A stretch of DNA of 62,504 nucleotides from Barthelona sp. PCE (Eukaryota), in the NCBI GenBank assembly GCA_040285745.1, contig JAUFOR010000008.1:2108001-2170504 (forward strand). The letters run 5' to 3'. How positions within the stretch are numbered: position 1 is the stretch's first letter; the number at the start of each line of letters is the position of its first letter. The notes beneath the pieces are model-generated. The model was not told the origin of the DNA, did not search any database, and saw only the letters and a program-made list of their open reading frames with translations. This document shows, piece by piece, positions 20,933-31,906 of this stretch. The translations under genes and the position numbers were made by a program.

Positions 20933-22484
20933 GGCTCCCCAGAACATTATCGTTGAGAAGGAAGTTGCTGTCTGGGTCGCTCGAACTGGGTGATCGCAGA
21001 TAGTAACTGTATAAACCAAGCAGTGTTATGTTAATTGTGAGTATAATGATCAAATGTGAAACTGTGTTAACTGCAACAAAGTAGAAACTGTACAACACTG
21101 CAGCAAATATAATACACAACTTAGCGCATTGTGTATTGAGTGTTTGCATCTGATACGGTTTGAACAAAGATATGCTACAGTAGTAAGTAAATAGCGTAAA
21201 TGAAAATAAAACAACAGTAGCTGTAGTGCTCTGCTCAATACAGATACTCAGCTGCATGAATATCCTCAAAAAAACAACAAAAAACTCAAAATGGATTGCT
21301 TCGCTTTTAAGACCATTTATCCATAAATAATGGTTATGAATGTCCTCACGTTTATGTGAAAGGGAAAAGAGGGTGACCGTTTGAATGCAAAACATTAAGA
21401 GCAGAATGCCTGAGCTTACCAAAAAAGCTTTCCACTCCCCAACTACCTCATGCGGTCTCAACAAACTTCGAACACCTTCAATCTCAACTGGAGCATATGG
21501 GTTCGTTCTATCAACGCGCAAAAGCTGCAGAATTCCGTCGCATACATAGTTGGGAAGAAAAAGCATAATACACAACAGATGAATCTGGAACATCTCAAAG
21601 TTGATCGCTGTCCTCTTCTTGGAACGTCTGAAGAAAATAAGAGAGATAACCAGTGGAAGGTATGTGACTCCGAACCAGACACCGTTGCTTACCAAATTCT
21701 GCCAAGGCAAACTTGTTACATTAAAGAGACAAAGAACAATGCTCAACGGACTGAGCGCCACTGGGAAATCCAAGTTGAACACCATGTTTACGAGGAACAT
21801 AAGACACGGTGAGAAGTGAATCGTGCACTTAATACGAACCAAAATGATGAGGTATTTTTCAAAATTAGTTATGTTCTCGTGCTCTGTGTCGTTCAGCATT
21901 TCAAGCAACCTGTCAAGTTTGTAAAGACCAAAGATCAGTGCCACAATTACAATTAACCATATTATAAAGAATCCGAGCAGTAGAGTTCTGTCAGGACACG
22001 TAACACACTTGCCAGAAATCGGTAACTGAACAATACCCGTGAAAGGACCTGAATCACATCTGGAGCAGAATGGGCCTGAGTACCCAGCGTCACATCCGTT
22101 CTGCAACTCAGGATGGTACTCATCTCTGATCCAGCGAGAGGCACCTCCCTTTGATGACTCTACAAATACATTAGAAGAACAGAAACGTGAGCACTGTAGC
22201 AAAAATGGCTGCCTGACACAGCCAACGCTCTCATCCAAACACATATCATCAAAAACCATTGTTTTGTAACGAAGCCAATATACGCTACCTGTGAAATGTA
22301 CCAACTGCTGTTCTGAAAGTTGTTGCATGTATGGGAGTGTGGCACACTCTGAAAAAGTCTCGTTATATAAGTTAAACGTTCCTGGAAGACACTTATGACA
22401 TGAACTTCCATCAGAATACTCGCCGTATGTGCACGAGAAACAGAGTCTACACAATAATACTAAAACTACCAACCACTTGTGCAT
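20916..22484 (-). CDS. Multi-pass (~7 TM) membrane protein with a Cys-rich ectodomain
   Basis: Signal peptide MHKWLVVLVLLCRLCFS, Cys motifs CHKCLPGTF and CDAGYSGPFCSRC, then 7 or more hydrophobic segments. Confidence 0.75.
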   Translation of the reverse strand: MHKWLVVLVLLCRLCFSCTYGEYSDGSSCHKCLPGTFNLYNETFSECATLPYMQQLSEQQLVHFTGSVYWLRYKTMVFDDMCLDESVGCVRQPFLLQCSRFCSSNVFVESSKGGASRWIRDEYHPELQNGCDAGYSGPFCSRCDSGPFTGIVQLPISGKCVTCPDRTLLLGFFIIWLIVIVALIFGLYKLDRLLEMLNDTEHENITNFEKYLIILVRIKCTIHFSPCLMFLVNMVFNLDFPVALSPLSIVLCLFNVTSLPWQNLVSNGVWFGVTYLPLVISLIFFRRSKKRTAINFEMFQIHLLCIMLFLPNYVCDGILQLLRVDRTNPYAPVEIEGVRSLLRPHEVVGEWKAFLVSSGILLLMFCIQTVTLFSLSHKREDIHNHYLWINGLKSEAIHFEFFVVFLRIFMQLSICIEQSTTATVVLFSFTLFTYYCSISLFKPYQMQTLNTQCAKLCIIFAAVLYSFYFVAVNTVSHLIIILTINITLLGLYSYYLRSPSSSDPDSNFLLNDNVLGSLMWAE

Positions 22485-22664
22485 ATGAAAAGCCCAAAAT
22501 AGTCTTGCAAACAAAACTGCAATTGAAGAGGGATTGAAGTACAGAACTGAGTTTTACTGTTTTGATAAGGGTATTTTGCTTTCACAGTCTCATACCCCCC
22601 TTCTATAAATGTCGGAACAATGAGTAGACACAGATAGTCTGTTTTTTTGTTCTCATCCCTTTCA

Positions 22665-25403
22665 ATGAATAACCTTTCTGCTCTATCAGACTGGAAGGAC
22701 GGTTTGGGTTTTATGCAGGACGTGGAATCACCATACATACACTCAGCGGGACAAAGTCACAATGAAAACGGTATTTTTACCGTCGCTTGCGTCCATCCTG
22801 CCGATCCCCTGATCGCTGTCGGGAATAACTACGGCGTGGTTGACTTCTATGGATTTTACGATGAGAGTTTGGCTTTGGAATTCGAGTATGTTCTCCCAGA
22901 ACCACAATCTATATCAGCCATATCTTTCAACAACGATTGGCTAATACTGGGCACATCAAAGGGGGAGATAATTCAGGTGGCTATGGATACAATTCAGGAT
23001 ACGCCAGCTAAGTCCAAACAGCACAAGTTCACGCTCCGACCAAGTGGGCGTCGCTCCATGAAGATGCCTCATTCAAACCGCGTGCGGGCAGTTGCTGTGT
23101 CAGATACGGAGGCTGTTGGGTATGCCACAGTTGGAGGTGGTCTTTACACGTGGCAGTGCGATGACCCTATGAGCATTGTTAACGCCGTCCCTTCCAATAG
23201 TCAGGATACGTACACGTGCCTCGACCTGGGCTTCAACGCTCTGCTTGGCGGTACATACGAGGGTGAGTGTCACCTGTATGACACAAACAACCTGACTACT
23301 TCAGTTTGTGATCCTCTGATACACCCTGCAGCTGTCACGGCTGCAAGTTGGAATAAGAACTGCTCATGGCTGTTTGCAACCGGTTGTGCTGATGGATATG
23401 TGCGCATATACGATACGAGACATATAAGCCGTCCGTACTACACACTGGAGTTCGACAGCGCAGTCATGGGCGTTGATTGGTCCCCCTTGCATTATGACAT
23501 CATCGGCACCTTTACATCGCAAGGTAATGCATTCTTCCACAACATCACAGCCGAGCCAGAGTCATTGATGCACACTCAGTCAGTGGACATATTTGATACG
23601 CAGGGAGGGTTTGCGTTCCTTAACTCACAATGGGAAGAGGACCTGGATGCTCCATTCTCAACATCGATTGCAGTGACGAGCGGTGATGGATCGGTGCGTG
23701 TCGCATCGCTTCCGACGAGCTCCTTGTCAGCTGCTTGTCAATACGATGCCCCTCTTGACTTACTTTACAGTGGCCAGGTTGGTAGCTTTATAGACGCGAC
23801 GGTTGATCGCTGTGTTAGCTATTTGACCCGACCGAACGTCAACTACAAACGCGCATACGATGTTTTACTCAAAGCGCGCAATACAATGACGCACATCGAG
23901 ATCAAGGAGGAGGACATCGTCAATATGAAGGTGAAGGAGTTGCTACGATCTGTGTCGTCACACCTGGCGCCACTATACCCGAATTTGAGTGATAAGCGAA
24001 GCACAGTGGGGATATCTATGGACTTATTGATTGCAATGGTCGATACCATCACAGCTAGAGACGTTGACCGCGAGCTGTTTGAGATCCAAGACGAGGTGCT
24101 GAGTGTCTTAATCGAGCACTTGAACTCTGGTATCCTCAGGGGCTACGAATGTCCGATGAATTTATTTTGCGATTGGCTCTCCCAATTCATGCGCTTTGAT
24201 TTCAAGCGTGCCGTGGACTTTGGGCTGCAGCTTTTCCCTCAGTTCATTCAAACAGACCTCAGAAATGCACAAGACTTCGTCACACTCGTTTTCACACTTC
24301 TTAGTCCCACGATCCTTGCACCCAGTGGTGCAGCTCTCGGTAAATGTATGGGCCCAATGCCTGAGGAGCTCGAGAAGATCGGTTTCGTGAACCACCAGCT
24401 GGAATTATTGAATCGTTTGCTGGAGTACGAAAATAATACCGAGATGATCATTACGTATACAAACAGTCGTTTCAAGAATGATGACATAATGGTCTCGTTC
24501 GAAGCTTGTCGGATTTACTTTGGTGCGCTTATTGATGCTGGTCGCTGGTTACAACTGCTCAGAAACGTCTCGCACATAAGTCTAGTGGTAAAGACAAATT
24601 TAGGAGCCAGTCGTACATCTTGTTTGCTTGATTTCACACGCGGTGTAATGGACAATGAGCTGACAGAAATGATCAAGAAGCAGATCGAGAACCTTGAGCG
24701 TCCCACTGATACGATTATTGACGATTTCACAGAACTGTTGGACATTTTGCTGAGCAACAGTCTGTTCACAGAAACGCTTGTTAACGCGCTTTCAGACCTG
24801 GTTACGTGTTACTTCACACAAATACTTGTTCTCTGGCAACAGAACGAGCTGCTGGATATCAGTTCTATCTTTTCTTTCTTCAATTCAGAAGAAATTATTG
24901 CTGATTATGATGTGTTCCCGTTCAAGGCATCTCTGTATGAGGTCATTCTACGCAACTACGGATGTTTCTCACTGATTGCGCTCCTCAACGCTTTTCAGAC
25001 TTGTACTAACGAAAATCAGTATTTCTTAACCAACATGCGTGAGTCAATGACGATAAAGCGCTTCAACAGCTTTTTCTGTGCCCAATCACCAATGTTTGTT
25101 ACAAAAATGTTATTCCAAGTTCGTGAAGCATTTGAAATGGAGAATGCTGAAGCAAAACGAGTATTGAGTGCATTCTTCTCAGAGATCGTATACAAATTAG
25201 GCTTCCTTGATTTTGACGAAGAGCAATTGTGTGCATTCTCGCACGAACTGCAAACTTACCTTGCCAATGTTGATGAAGCAAAGAGTTGTGCAAAAAGGAT
25301 GGGTTCTGCAATGTGGAGTATGATTGTCGAAAACCAGGTCGATGATGAGCTTATACAAAGAAGTAATCACCCTGCGATCAGAGTTGTTGTAGATTTTTTC
25401 TAG
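22665..25403 (+). CDS. WD40 beta-propeller plus alpha-helical solenoid protein
   Basis: HPAAVTAASWN, LFATGCADGYVRIYDTR, VMGVDWSPLH, followed by a helical C-terminal ~550 aa. First ATG at 22665. Confidence 0.8.
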   Translation: MNNLSALSDWKDGLGFMQDVESPYIHSAGQSHNENGIFTVACVHPADPLIAVGNNYGVVDFYGFYDESLALEFEYVLPEPQSISAISFNNDWLILGTSKGEIIQVAMDTIQDTPAKSKQHKFTLRPSGRRSMKMPHSNRVRAVAVSDTEAVGYATVGGGLYTWQCDDPMSIVNAVPSNSQDTYTCLDLGFNALLGGTYEGECHLYDTNNLTTSVCDPLIHPAAVTAASWNKNCSWLFATGCADGYVRIYDTRHISRPYYTLEFDSAVMGVDWSPLHYDIIGTFTSQGNAFFHNITAEPESLMHTQSVDIFDTQGGFAFLNSQWEEDLDAPFSTSIAVTSGDGSVRVASLPTSSLSAACQYDAPLDLLYSGQVGSFIDATVDRCVSYLTRPNVNYKRAYDVLLKARNTMTHIEIKEEDIVNMKVKELLRSVSSHLAPLYPNLSDKRSTVGISMDLLIAMVDTITARDVDRELFEIQDEVLSVLIEHLNSGILRGYECPMNLFCDWLSQFMRFDFKRAVDFGLQLFPQFIQTDLRNAQDFVTLVFTLLSPTILAPSGAALGKCMGPMPEELEKIGFVNHQLELLNRLLEYENNTEMIITYTNSRFKNDDIMVSFEACRIYFGALIDAGRWLQLLRNVSHISLVVKTNLGASRTSCLLDFTRGVMDNELTEMIKKQIENLERPTDTIIDDFTELLDILLSNSLFTETLVNALSDLVTCYFTQILVLWQQNELLDISSIFSFFNSEEIIADYDVFPFKASLYEVILRNYGCFSLIALLNAFQTCTNENQYFLTNMRESMTIKRFNSFFCAQSPMFVTKMLFQVREAFEMENAEAKRVLSAFFSEIVYKLGFLDFDEEQLCAFSHELQTYLANVDEAKSCAKRMGSAMWSMIVENQVDDELIQRSNHPAIRVVVDFF

Positions 25404-25556
25404 TAGAAGGTTGAGTTTTAGTATGATAATATATTTGCTGCAAGCTTGAATGTAGGGAAAAAGGAAAATATAACCAGTTTAAAGTGCGAATTTTGTTTTG
25501 TTTTATGTAAAAATTTTTATTTCATCTTTCATTAATTTTTATTGCATATATAAGTC

Positions 25557-28500
25557 ATGTTTCTTGTTAGAAACCGACTTACTCTGCATTCTACACCAAT
25601 AGGATTTGCAGAGGGCTTTTTTTTAGCACATAAAGGTGTGCAAATTGCCATTTTGTACCCAGATCGGATCGAGTACTGTGAGTATGATCTCTCACTAGAC
25701 CAGCACAGAACAGTTCTCGAAACAGTTTACATAGAAGCTATCATTTCGTCATTTTGTGTGTTAAATATGAAAAACGCTCACTCAGTCATTGTAGTGGGTT
25801 GTGACGCTGGAAATTCCGTTATTTTACAGTACAACAGCCGCATGGGGCGTGTGGTGAACATCTATAATGTTGATTTTGGTCGTACAGGACTTCGCAGTGA
25901 CGTTCCAGCTGTTTTCTCTGTCAGTGATGGTGAGAGCGTCGCAATTACGTTTGCTTCCTTTCACAGATGTATCGCATATACACAGCGGTTCAACAAAGTG
26001 AACACTACCCCGATTGTGACTCAGTATCCAAACCAGTCAATGTGTTTTATTTCAGCGTGTTTTCTGGGTAAAACAGCAACGGAGAGCATGTTCTTATGTG
26101 TTTTTTCGGAGGATGAAGCTATTTACGCACGCCTTCTCGTTTATAGCACTCTCACTTCATTTATCAGCTTCTCTCCGTGTGTTATACCGCTCAGAGGTCC
26201 ATGTCGCGTCTTTCCAACGGGTTTTTTTTCCCATTCAAAACTCACGTGCCTGATTTGCTGCGAAAAAGAAGTCCAATTCTTATCAATCGAGAAAAGCTCA
26301 ATGTTGACGAATGACGCACACTTCAGCATGCACCCTCTGTGCAACGAACGCTGCTTTCGTGCGCATCGCTTCCCACATATTAACACAGTGGTCATCCACG
26401 CCGAAAGCGGAAATGTGTACTTAGTTGGTTGCGACAACAACGATGGTCTAGTCCTAAATGCAGCGCTGTGGACGAATGTGCCGACTGGGCCGATGTACAT
26501 AACAACAAAGAGTGACCTCATTTTGTTCAGCAACGGTCGCCGCATTTATGCCAGCATTGAGTCTTTAGAAACGAGGCAACATGCTGAGCTGTTGGCAAAC
26601 CTTGACGTATACGACGATACCCAGCTTATTTCCAGTGTCACGGCGCTTGGGAGTTCTAAGGGTCAGGGTGAGCTCATCTTCTCGATGGGGTCCAAAGGAT
26701 CAACGGCATCTCTCAGTCACAGTCTCCCGCTAGAAGCGCTGGAACACTCTCACCCGCTATCTTTGATGCATCACCGCGCAACTTACTGTGTGAACTCAAC
26801 ATTGTTCATGGTGCGAAGCCAGCAACCATTCTTGACTTCTATTCGTATTGGAGAAGACATCACACTTGAGACATATGATTTGGGGCTGCGCCATGGCAAT
26901 GGTGTTGTACATGTACATGCAATATCCCCTGAAGATATTGTCTTCACACTTGAATGTGGAATCATCAAGAGAGGTGTCAAGCAGGAGGTTTTCATGTTGT
27001 CAGAAAAGAGCAGGCAGCAGTATGTTGCCGCATCTGGTAATTCACAGGTCCTGTACGGTATTCTCAACGATGGAACAATACGGGCTTTCATGTTATCGCA
27101 CTTTTCGCTCCACAGTCACTTTGATATCGGTCTACACCGCTCTGCACGCCCAACACATATCACAACGACGGATGATCCCAAGTTTACGCGCTTCTGCGTA
27201 GCGGTGACGGCTGAAGAAGTATTTCTACTCGAGTGCACAATTGACTTGGCTTTAAAAGCGTCGATAAAGCACAACGGAAGTGTGGTCTCAGTCATAATGA
27301 TCGGTGCAAGGGTGTACATTTCTTTTGCCGATGGTGATCTTCTAACGTTCACAATCCGCCCTTACGGTGCTCCCATTCAGAACCTGATACGCTACTCTGT
27401 TTGCAACGGTCCACTTACGTTGGAGAAACGCAGTATACGCGGTGTCCAATGTGTCATCATGCGATATAAACAGCACGGTAAAGCACGTGTATTCGTAACC
27501 CTTAATCACAAACAGTACGTGTTACCAAAGAGCTTCCTGGATATTTTTGAGGTATCTGTGAGCGATAATGTGTACATTGGTATCAAGCGCGAAAAGTTTG
27601 AATTTTATTACCTCAAGGACGGCTCTGTCTCTCACACTGACGTTTATGAAGCGGGTGGCCTGGTACGCTCGCTCACAAAGTCGCCTTCTGGTCTTGTTGC
27701 TGTTACAAGAGATGCGCTTCACTTCATTAAGAAAGGTACACACACACCTTTTCCGGGAGTTACTGCGGCTGTTACTGTCGAAGACCACATACTGTGCGCC
27801 ACAACAACCGGTCTCTGCCTCATGAAGAGCGGGGAAGTCGTGTGGACGACCAAAGACGATGCTGTTGCTAAACTTTCTCATCTAACCGTTGTTGATGGTG
27901 TTGTTGTCGGTGTGCGAGGCAAAGATCTACTATCGATCTTTATTGAAGGTGATTCAGCCCGTGTCGCGAACACGCACTCCTTTGACTATCCCGTTACTTG
28001 CATTGACAGGAGCGGACCTCTTCTTTTTATTGGACTTGCGCAGCTCTTATGTTTCGTGCTATCTGTCAATCCCGTCAGTGGCACGTTTCTGCTGCTTGCA
28101 GAGACTGTTGAGTTCGGGCATGCTTACAGAATTCGTTGCATCGACTCAAGTAATTTTGTAATTGCTGACCGCTTTGGCACTTTACTTTTTTATCGCGTTC
28201 CCACCGTCAGCCTTGCCTCGGCACCAGAAGAGACAACGGTCAACGAGGCCGTCATCACTAAGTTGGTGCTTGAAGCATCGGTATCGATTGGATGCATGGT
28301 TTCTGATTTGATTGTTTTGGCAGGACATGTTTACTACTCCTCTTACACTGGTGAAATCGGATGCCTGAGCCCAATCACAAGCGAGAGACTAGCATCGGTG
28401 ATGAAGGCACTTCACTCTGTTATGTTTGCTAATAATGACTTGGTTTCACGAACAGAACATTCACGGTTTGGGATGTGCGGCCCATATCTCAACTGTATTT

Positions 28501-28667
28501 GCTCCCGAGTATTGCAGCGTATATATAGACTTACAAAGTCAGAGGAAAAGAATGTCCTTGAAGCCGTTAAGAATCAGATTGGAAGAATACATGAAGATAT
28601 CCATCCAGATAGCATCGATGAGCTATGCCGCATGGTAGAGGTGGTGAGTACAGTAAAAATCATGTAG
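25557..28667 (+). CDS. SF3B3: Divergent splicing factor SF3B3/Rse1 (DDB1/CPSF1 family)
   Basis: N-terminal MFL..LTL, FGRTGLRSDVPA (cf. FGKSGCRRIVPG), ADRFGTLLFYRVP (cf. ADKFGNI.VVRLP), and YSSYTGEIG; 1036 aa. Confidence 0.8.
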   Translation: MFLVRNRLTLHSTPIGFAEGFFLAHKGVQIAILYPDRIEYCEYDLSLDQHRTVLETVYIEAIISSFCVLNMKNAHSVIVVGCDAGNSVILQYNSRMGRVVNIYNVDFGRTGLRSDVPAVFSVSDGESVAITFASFHRCIAYTQRFNKVNTTPIVTQYPNQSMCFISACFLGKTATESMFLCVFSEDEAIYARLLVYSTLTSFISFSPCVIPLRGPCRVFPTGFFSHSKLTCLICCEKEVQFLSIEKSSMLTNDAHFSMHPLCNERCFRAHRFPHINTVVIHAESGNVYLVGCDNNDGLVLNAALWTNVPTGPMYITTKSDLILFSNGRRIYASIESLETRQHAELLANLDVYDDTQLISSVTALGSSKGQGELIFSMGSKGSTASLSHSLPLEALEHSHPLSLMHHRATYCVNSTLFMVRSQQPFLTSIRIGEDITLETYDLGLRHGNGVVHVHAISPEDIVFTLECGIIKRGVKQEVFMLSEKSRQQYVAASGNSQVLYGILNDGTIRAFMLSHFSLHSHFDIGLHRSARPTHITTTDDPKFTRFCVAVTAEEVFLLECTIDLALKASIKHNGSVVSVIMIGARVYISFADGDLLTFTIRPYGAPIQNLIRYSVCNGPLTLEKRSIRGVQCVIMRYKQHGKARVFVTLNHKQYVLPKSFLDIFEVSVSDNVYIGIKREKFEFYYLKDGSVSHTDVYEAGGLVRSLTKSPSGLVAVTRDALHFIKKGTHTPFPGVTAAVTVEDHILCATTTGLCLMKSGEVVWTTKDDAVAKLSHLTVVDGVVVGVRGKDLLSIFIEGDSARVANTHSFDYPVTCIDRSGPLLFIGLAQLLCFVLSVNPVSGTFLLLAETVEFGHAYRIRCIDSSNFVIADRFGTLLFYRVPTVSLASAPEETTVNEAVITKLVLEASVSIGCMVSDLIVLAGHVYYSSYTGEIGCLSPITSERLASVMKALHSVMFANNDLVSRTEHSRFGMCGPYLNCICSRVLQRIYRLTKSEEKNVLEAVKNQIGRIHEDIHPDSIDELCRMVEVVSTVKIM

Positions 28668-28677
28668 TAGTTTATTG

Positions 28678-30117
28678 CTAAAAATCATGCATAGCGATAT
28701 GCAAACCCATAATCCAGTCTTTATACTCTTGTTTGCTCGTTGCCACAATATACATTTCATTCTTCCCATCTGTTAGTCTGAGGGTCAGCAAGCTTTGCAG
28801 TTTTGACAACTCGCGTCCCCGGTAGACGAAAGGTGGTCTCTCGCTGATGGAGAACGAAGTCACTCTCATTCTGCGATAGAAGGGACACGCGTCAAAAACG
28901 GCACCAACAGCGGTGCTCCTTTCTGCAGAGTCAACGCCGCCCAACAACACTTCCTGGATACCAGTATGTGGATTGCATTCAGAGCGTGACCAGCACAGTT
29001 CTCGAGAGAATGGGTTGAACGCGAAGAAACGATAGTGGCCCTTTCCCACACCTTTCTTGATGTGCTTAAAGAACCAATTTCCACGAATAAGACACGACAA
29101 ATAGTAATTACGACGGACCGTTATCTCATCCTCCAATCTTTGGGGAAAAAAGAATGCCAGATCAACCCTCTTCAGCCCAAACTGACTGATCCTATCAATC
29201 TCTGCCTTATCGAATCCCATATCTGTTGTCATGTCATAAAACCCAATATCAGGCCGCACAACACCAAACTCAATCGTTTCCTGTAACTGCAAATATCTCC
29301 AAAAGTCTGATTGCTTAAATTCGTCTTCTGTTGGCAGCAGATCGTCGTCATCACTTAAATCGTCCCAGTTAGCATGCTCAAGTATAACGTTGGCCGTTGG
29401 AAATCCCAACTCTGCGTTGTCACTCTGCTTTGCACGCTTACGGATGAGCGCTGTACGCCCCATAATTGCAGCAATAACAATGTGAGAATGTAGCAAGTCA
29501 GTAACTAAGAACCTGTAAGAAGAGTCGCCAAAATAATTGATCTGGAGAATACCATGTTTGTTGGCGTTCAACAGCTGTGGGAAGTTAAGGTGCGGGACTT
29601 CATCGAGTGGTAACATCAACGACTGCAGGTCAACTCTTTCAAAATCGAAACTCTCAATGTCAGCGTATGAATGACATGAAAATCGACTCTCTGCAACATC
29701 AAACACGTGATATATTGTCGACTGCTCGAGCTTTAGTGTGTGTAAATGGCCTACATTTGTGTTATCAATACCAAATACACCAAAACTCAATGAAAGGTCA
29801 ATGTTCTTGTGCTTTGTGAGGTATTTAGAAAGAGTAGCCGATCCCTGGAAGAGTATCTCCCTTGAAAGCTTCTTTGAAACCTTGTATATGAGGCTATCCC
29901 GACACATTGTCCAAAAAACAAATACTTCGTTCAATGTAACGATGCGCATAAGTGTGGAGGATGGTTCGTCGACGTCTATACTTTTGACATCTGAGTATTT
30001 AATGTATTCGACACTATCACCGCTTAAATTTTTTAACACGAGTTCAGTGTCCTCCAAAACTCCCAATCGCAACAAAATCTGGCTTCCCTGACAGTGTACA
30101 AGTGGGAAAGTGTGCAT
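28678..30117 (-). CDS. PH-domain-containing protein
   Basis: LIRGNWFFKHIKKGVGKGHYRFF...ELCWS...YIVATSKQEYKDWIMGL is a C-terminal PH domain, and the N-terminus is PH-like. First ATG at 30117. Confidence 0.75.
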   Translation of the reverse strand: MHTFPLVHCQGSQILLRLGVLEDTELVLKNLSGDSVEYIKYSDVKSIDVDEPSSTLMRIVTLNEVFVFWTMCRDSLIYKVSKKLSREILFQGSATLSKYLTKHKNIDLSLSFGVFGIDNTNVGHLHTLKLEQSTIYHVFDVAESRFSCHSYADIESFDFERVDLQSLMLPLDEVPHLNFPQLLNANKHGILQINYFGDSSYRFLVTDLLHSHIVIAAIMGRTALIRKRAKQSDNAELGFPTANVILEHANWDDLSDDDDLLPTEDEFKQSDFWRYLQLQETIEFGVVRPDIGFYDMTTDMGFDKAEIDRISQFGLKRVDLAFFFPQRLEDEITVRRNYYLSCLIRGNWFFKHIKKGVGKGHYRFFAFNPFSRELCWSRSECNPHTGIQEVLLGGVDSAERSTAVGAVFDACPFYRRMRVTSFSISERPPFVYRGRELSKLQSLLTLRLTDGKNEMYIVATSKQEYKDWIMGLHIAMHDF

Positions 30118-30166
30118 AAAAACGATGCAAAACAAAAGGAAGGAGAGAAAAATGAAAACACTTTTA

Positions 30167-31669
30167 TTACTCAACTTGGCTGGATAGAGCGTTTTGAAGG
30201 TCAGCAATCTTCTTATTTATGGAGTCAGCGGCTTCTGATATTTGATTATAATTAACACTTGACCTGGAAAAAATGGAAACTTCCTCCTCTTCAACCGGTT
30301 TTTGTGGCTCATGATGTTCTGGAGCCTTATACATTGATAGCCTGTGAAGACGTTCACGCCACTCAGAACTACCTAACTCACTGAGACGACCTATATGACT
30401 GATGCTCACATCTGAAGCGGAGTTATCCTCCATCCTCTTCTCTATTCTGCTTCTTGTCTTACTTATTGACTTGGAAATTGACTCAACTGTGTCGTCCCTG
30501 TGCCTCTTACTTCTTCTATTAGCTCTGGGGCTAATCTTCGAAACCTTATCTCTCTGCAGCTTCTTCTTGGTACGGTCTCTCTTGCGTTTCAGATCGCGTA
30601 CATACGCTGTGGGGTCGAATCTGCCGTGAAGTGAGCTGGCAGATGATGATCTTGAGGATACTGAAGAACGACGCTTTGAACGGCTAGATCGGGTGCTACC
30701 TCTCTCGGATGACTCCGTCCTGCGCTTTCTACGTTTGGGGGTCGTTGAGCGTGCAGGCGCCTCTCTCCTTGGCGTTGATTTCCTTGAGAGTCTGGAAACC
30801 CTTCCCTGCAATTCGTCCATCTTTGCTTTCAACTCCTTGTTCTTTTTGCTGACAATCCTGTTCTTCACGGCCATGCGCTCGTTTTCCCGACGTAGATCTT
30901 CTGTTTCTGCACGAAGCTTCTTAACTTTCCGCCTCAATGAGACGATCTGCTTTCTGTCACCCTCCTCTTGGCTCTTGAGTTCTCTCTTTGCCGCTGCGAG
31001 CTGCTTTCTGATGTCACGAAGGGGTTGGCTCTCCTCCAACTGTGCATCCTTTAGGCTTTGAGTCAAAGCAGCGATTTCCTCCCGTAACACATCAATTTGG
31101 TGACGGAACTTGGTACGCTCTTTGCGGAGTACGTCCTTCATCAGATCAAGCTCCTTTGTGTGCTTGGAGCATTGAACGCAGGCCGATGTGTGTACTGGGC
31201 TGACTTCAGGCTGGACACTTTCAACCTTCGGTGCCATAGGTCTGGTAGTTGTGCCACCACCCATATTCATACGTGTTTGTGTGGGGTTCAATGGGAGAGG
31301 GAAGTGAATTGAGGCATCTGGAGAAACATGAATAAAGATAACATACATTCGATCTGAAACGACATTTGACACGTCTTTCTGATGTTGTTGCTGTATTTTC
31401 TTAAGTTCACGGTCAGAAAGAACGTCGACCTTTAGGTTCTGTTGCTCTGAAAGACATGCAGAACGCAATTGACTGACGAACTGATCGAAAGTTAGGTTTA
31501 GACCCGATAATGCAACGTATTCAACAATCATCTGCGCAATAAACTCGCCCTTCCACCGGCGCTTAGACTGGACATCCTCAAGGTATACGAAAAGACTGTT
31601 AGGAAGGCATTTCAATACAATCCTATATGAAACTCCCCTTAAATTAATATTATAAAACTCAGCGGACAT
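30167..31669 (-). CDS. CCDC61: Centriolar/basal-body protein CCDC61 (VFL3)
   Basis: SAS-6-like head (RRWKGEF, DRMYVIFIH...IHFPLPL), coiled coil, and the RFDPTAYV motif. Confidence 0.88.
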   Translation of the reverse strand: MSAEFYNINLRGVSYRIVLKCLPNSLFVYLEDVQSKRRWKGEFIAQMIVEYVALSGLNLTFDQFVSQLRSACLSEQQNLKVDVLSDRELKKIQQQHQKDVSNVVSDRMYVIFIHVSPDASIHFPLPLNPTQTRMNMGGGTTTRPMAPKVESVQPEVSPVHTSACVQCSKHTKELDLMKDVLRKERTKFRHQIDVLREEIAALTQSLKDAQLEESQPLRDIRKQLAAAKRELKSQEEGDRKQIVSLRRKVKKLRAETEDLRRENERMAVKNRIVSKKNKELKAKMDELQGRVSRLSRKSTPRREAPARSTTPKRRKRRTESSERGSTRSSRSKRRSSVSSRSSSASSLHGRFDPTAYVRDLKRKRDRTKKKLQRDKVSKISPRANRRSKRHRDDTVESISKSISKTRSRIEKRMEDNSASDVSISHIGRLSELGSSEWRERLHRLSMYKAPEHHEPQKPVEEEEVSIFSRSSVNYNQISEAADSINKKIADLQNALSSQVE

Positions 31670-31906
31670 AAAATGCAATTGTCACTCTTGGTGCGCAATG
31701 TAAAATGAGAAAAAAGTGTGTATTGGGGAGTAAAATGTAAAACATATTTGCAAAACTTTTCAACCACAACAATGTTTTACAAAACGCATATAACCTGTAA
31801 CTCGCCCATCAAACGAGGAATCTGAAAAACGAAATTTTGCGCAACTCAGCTCGTTTTCTTTATTTAAGCTCTTTCCAATATTTTTCACATCTCACACACG
31901 ATTTAG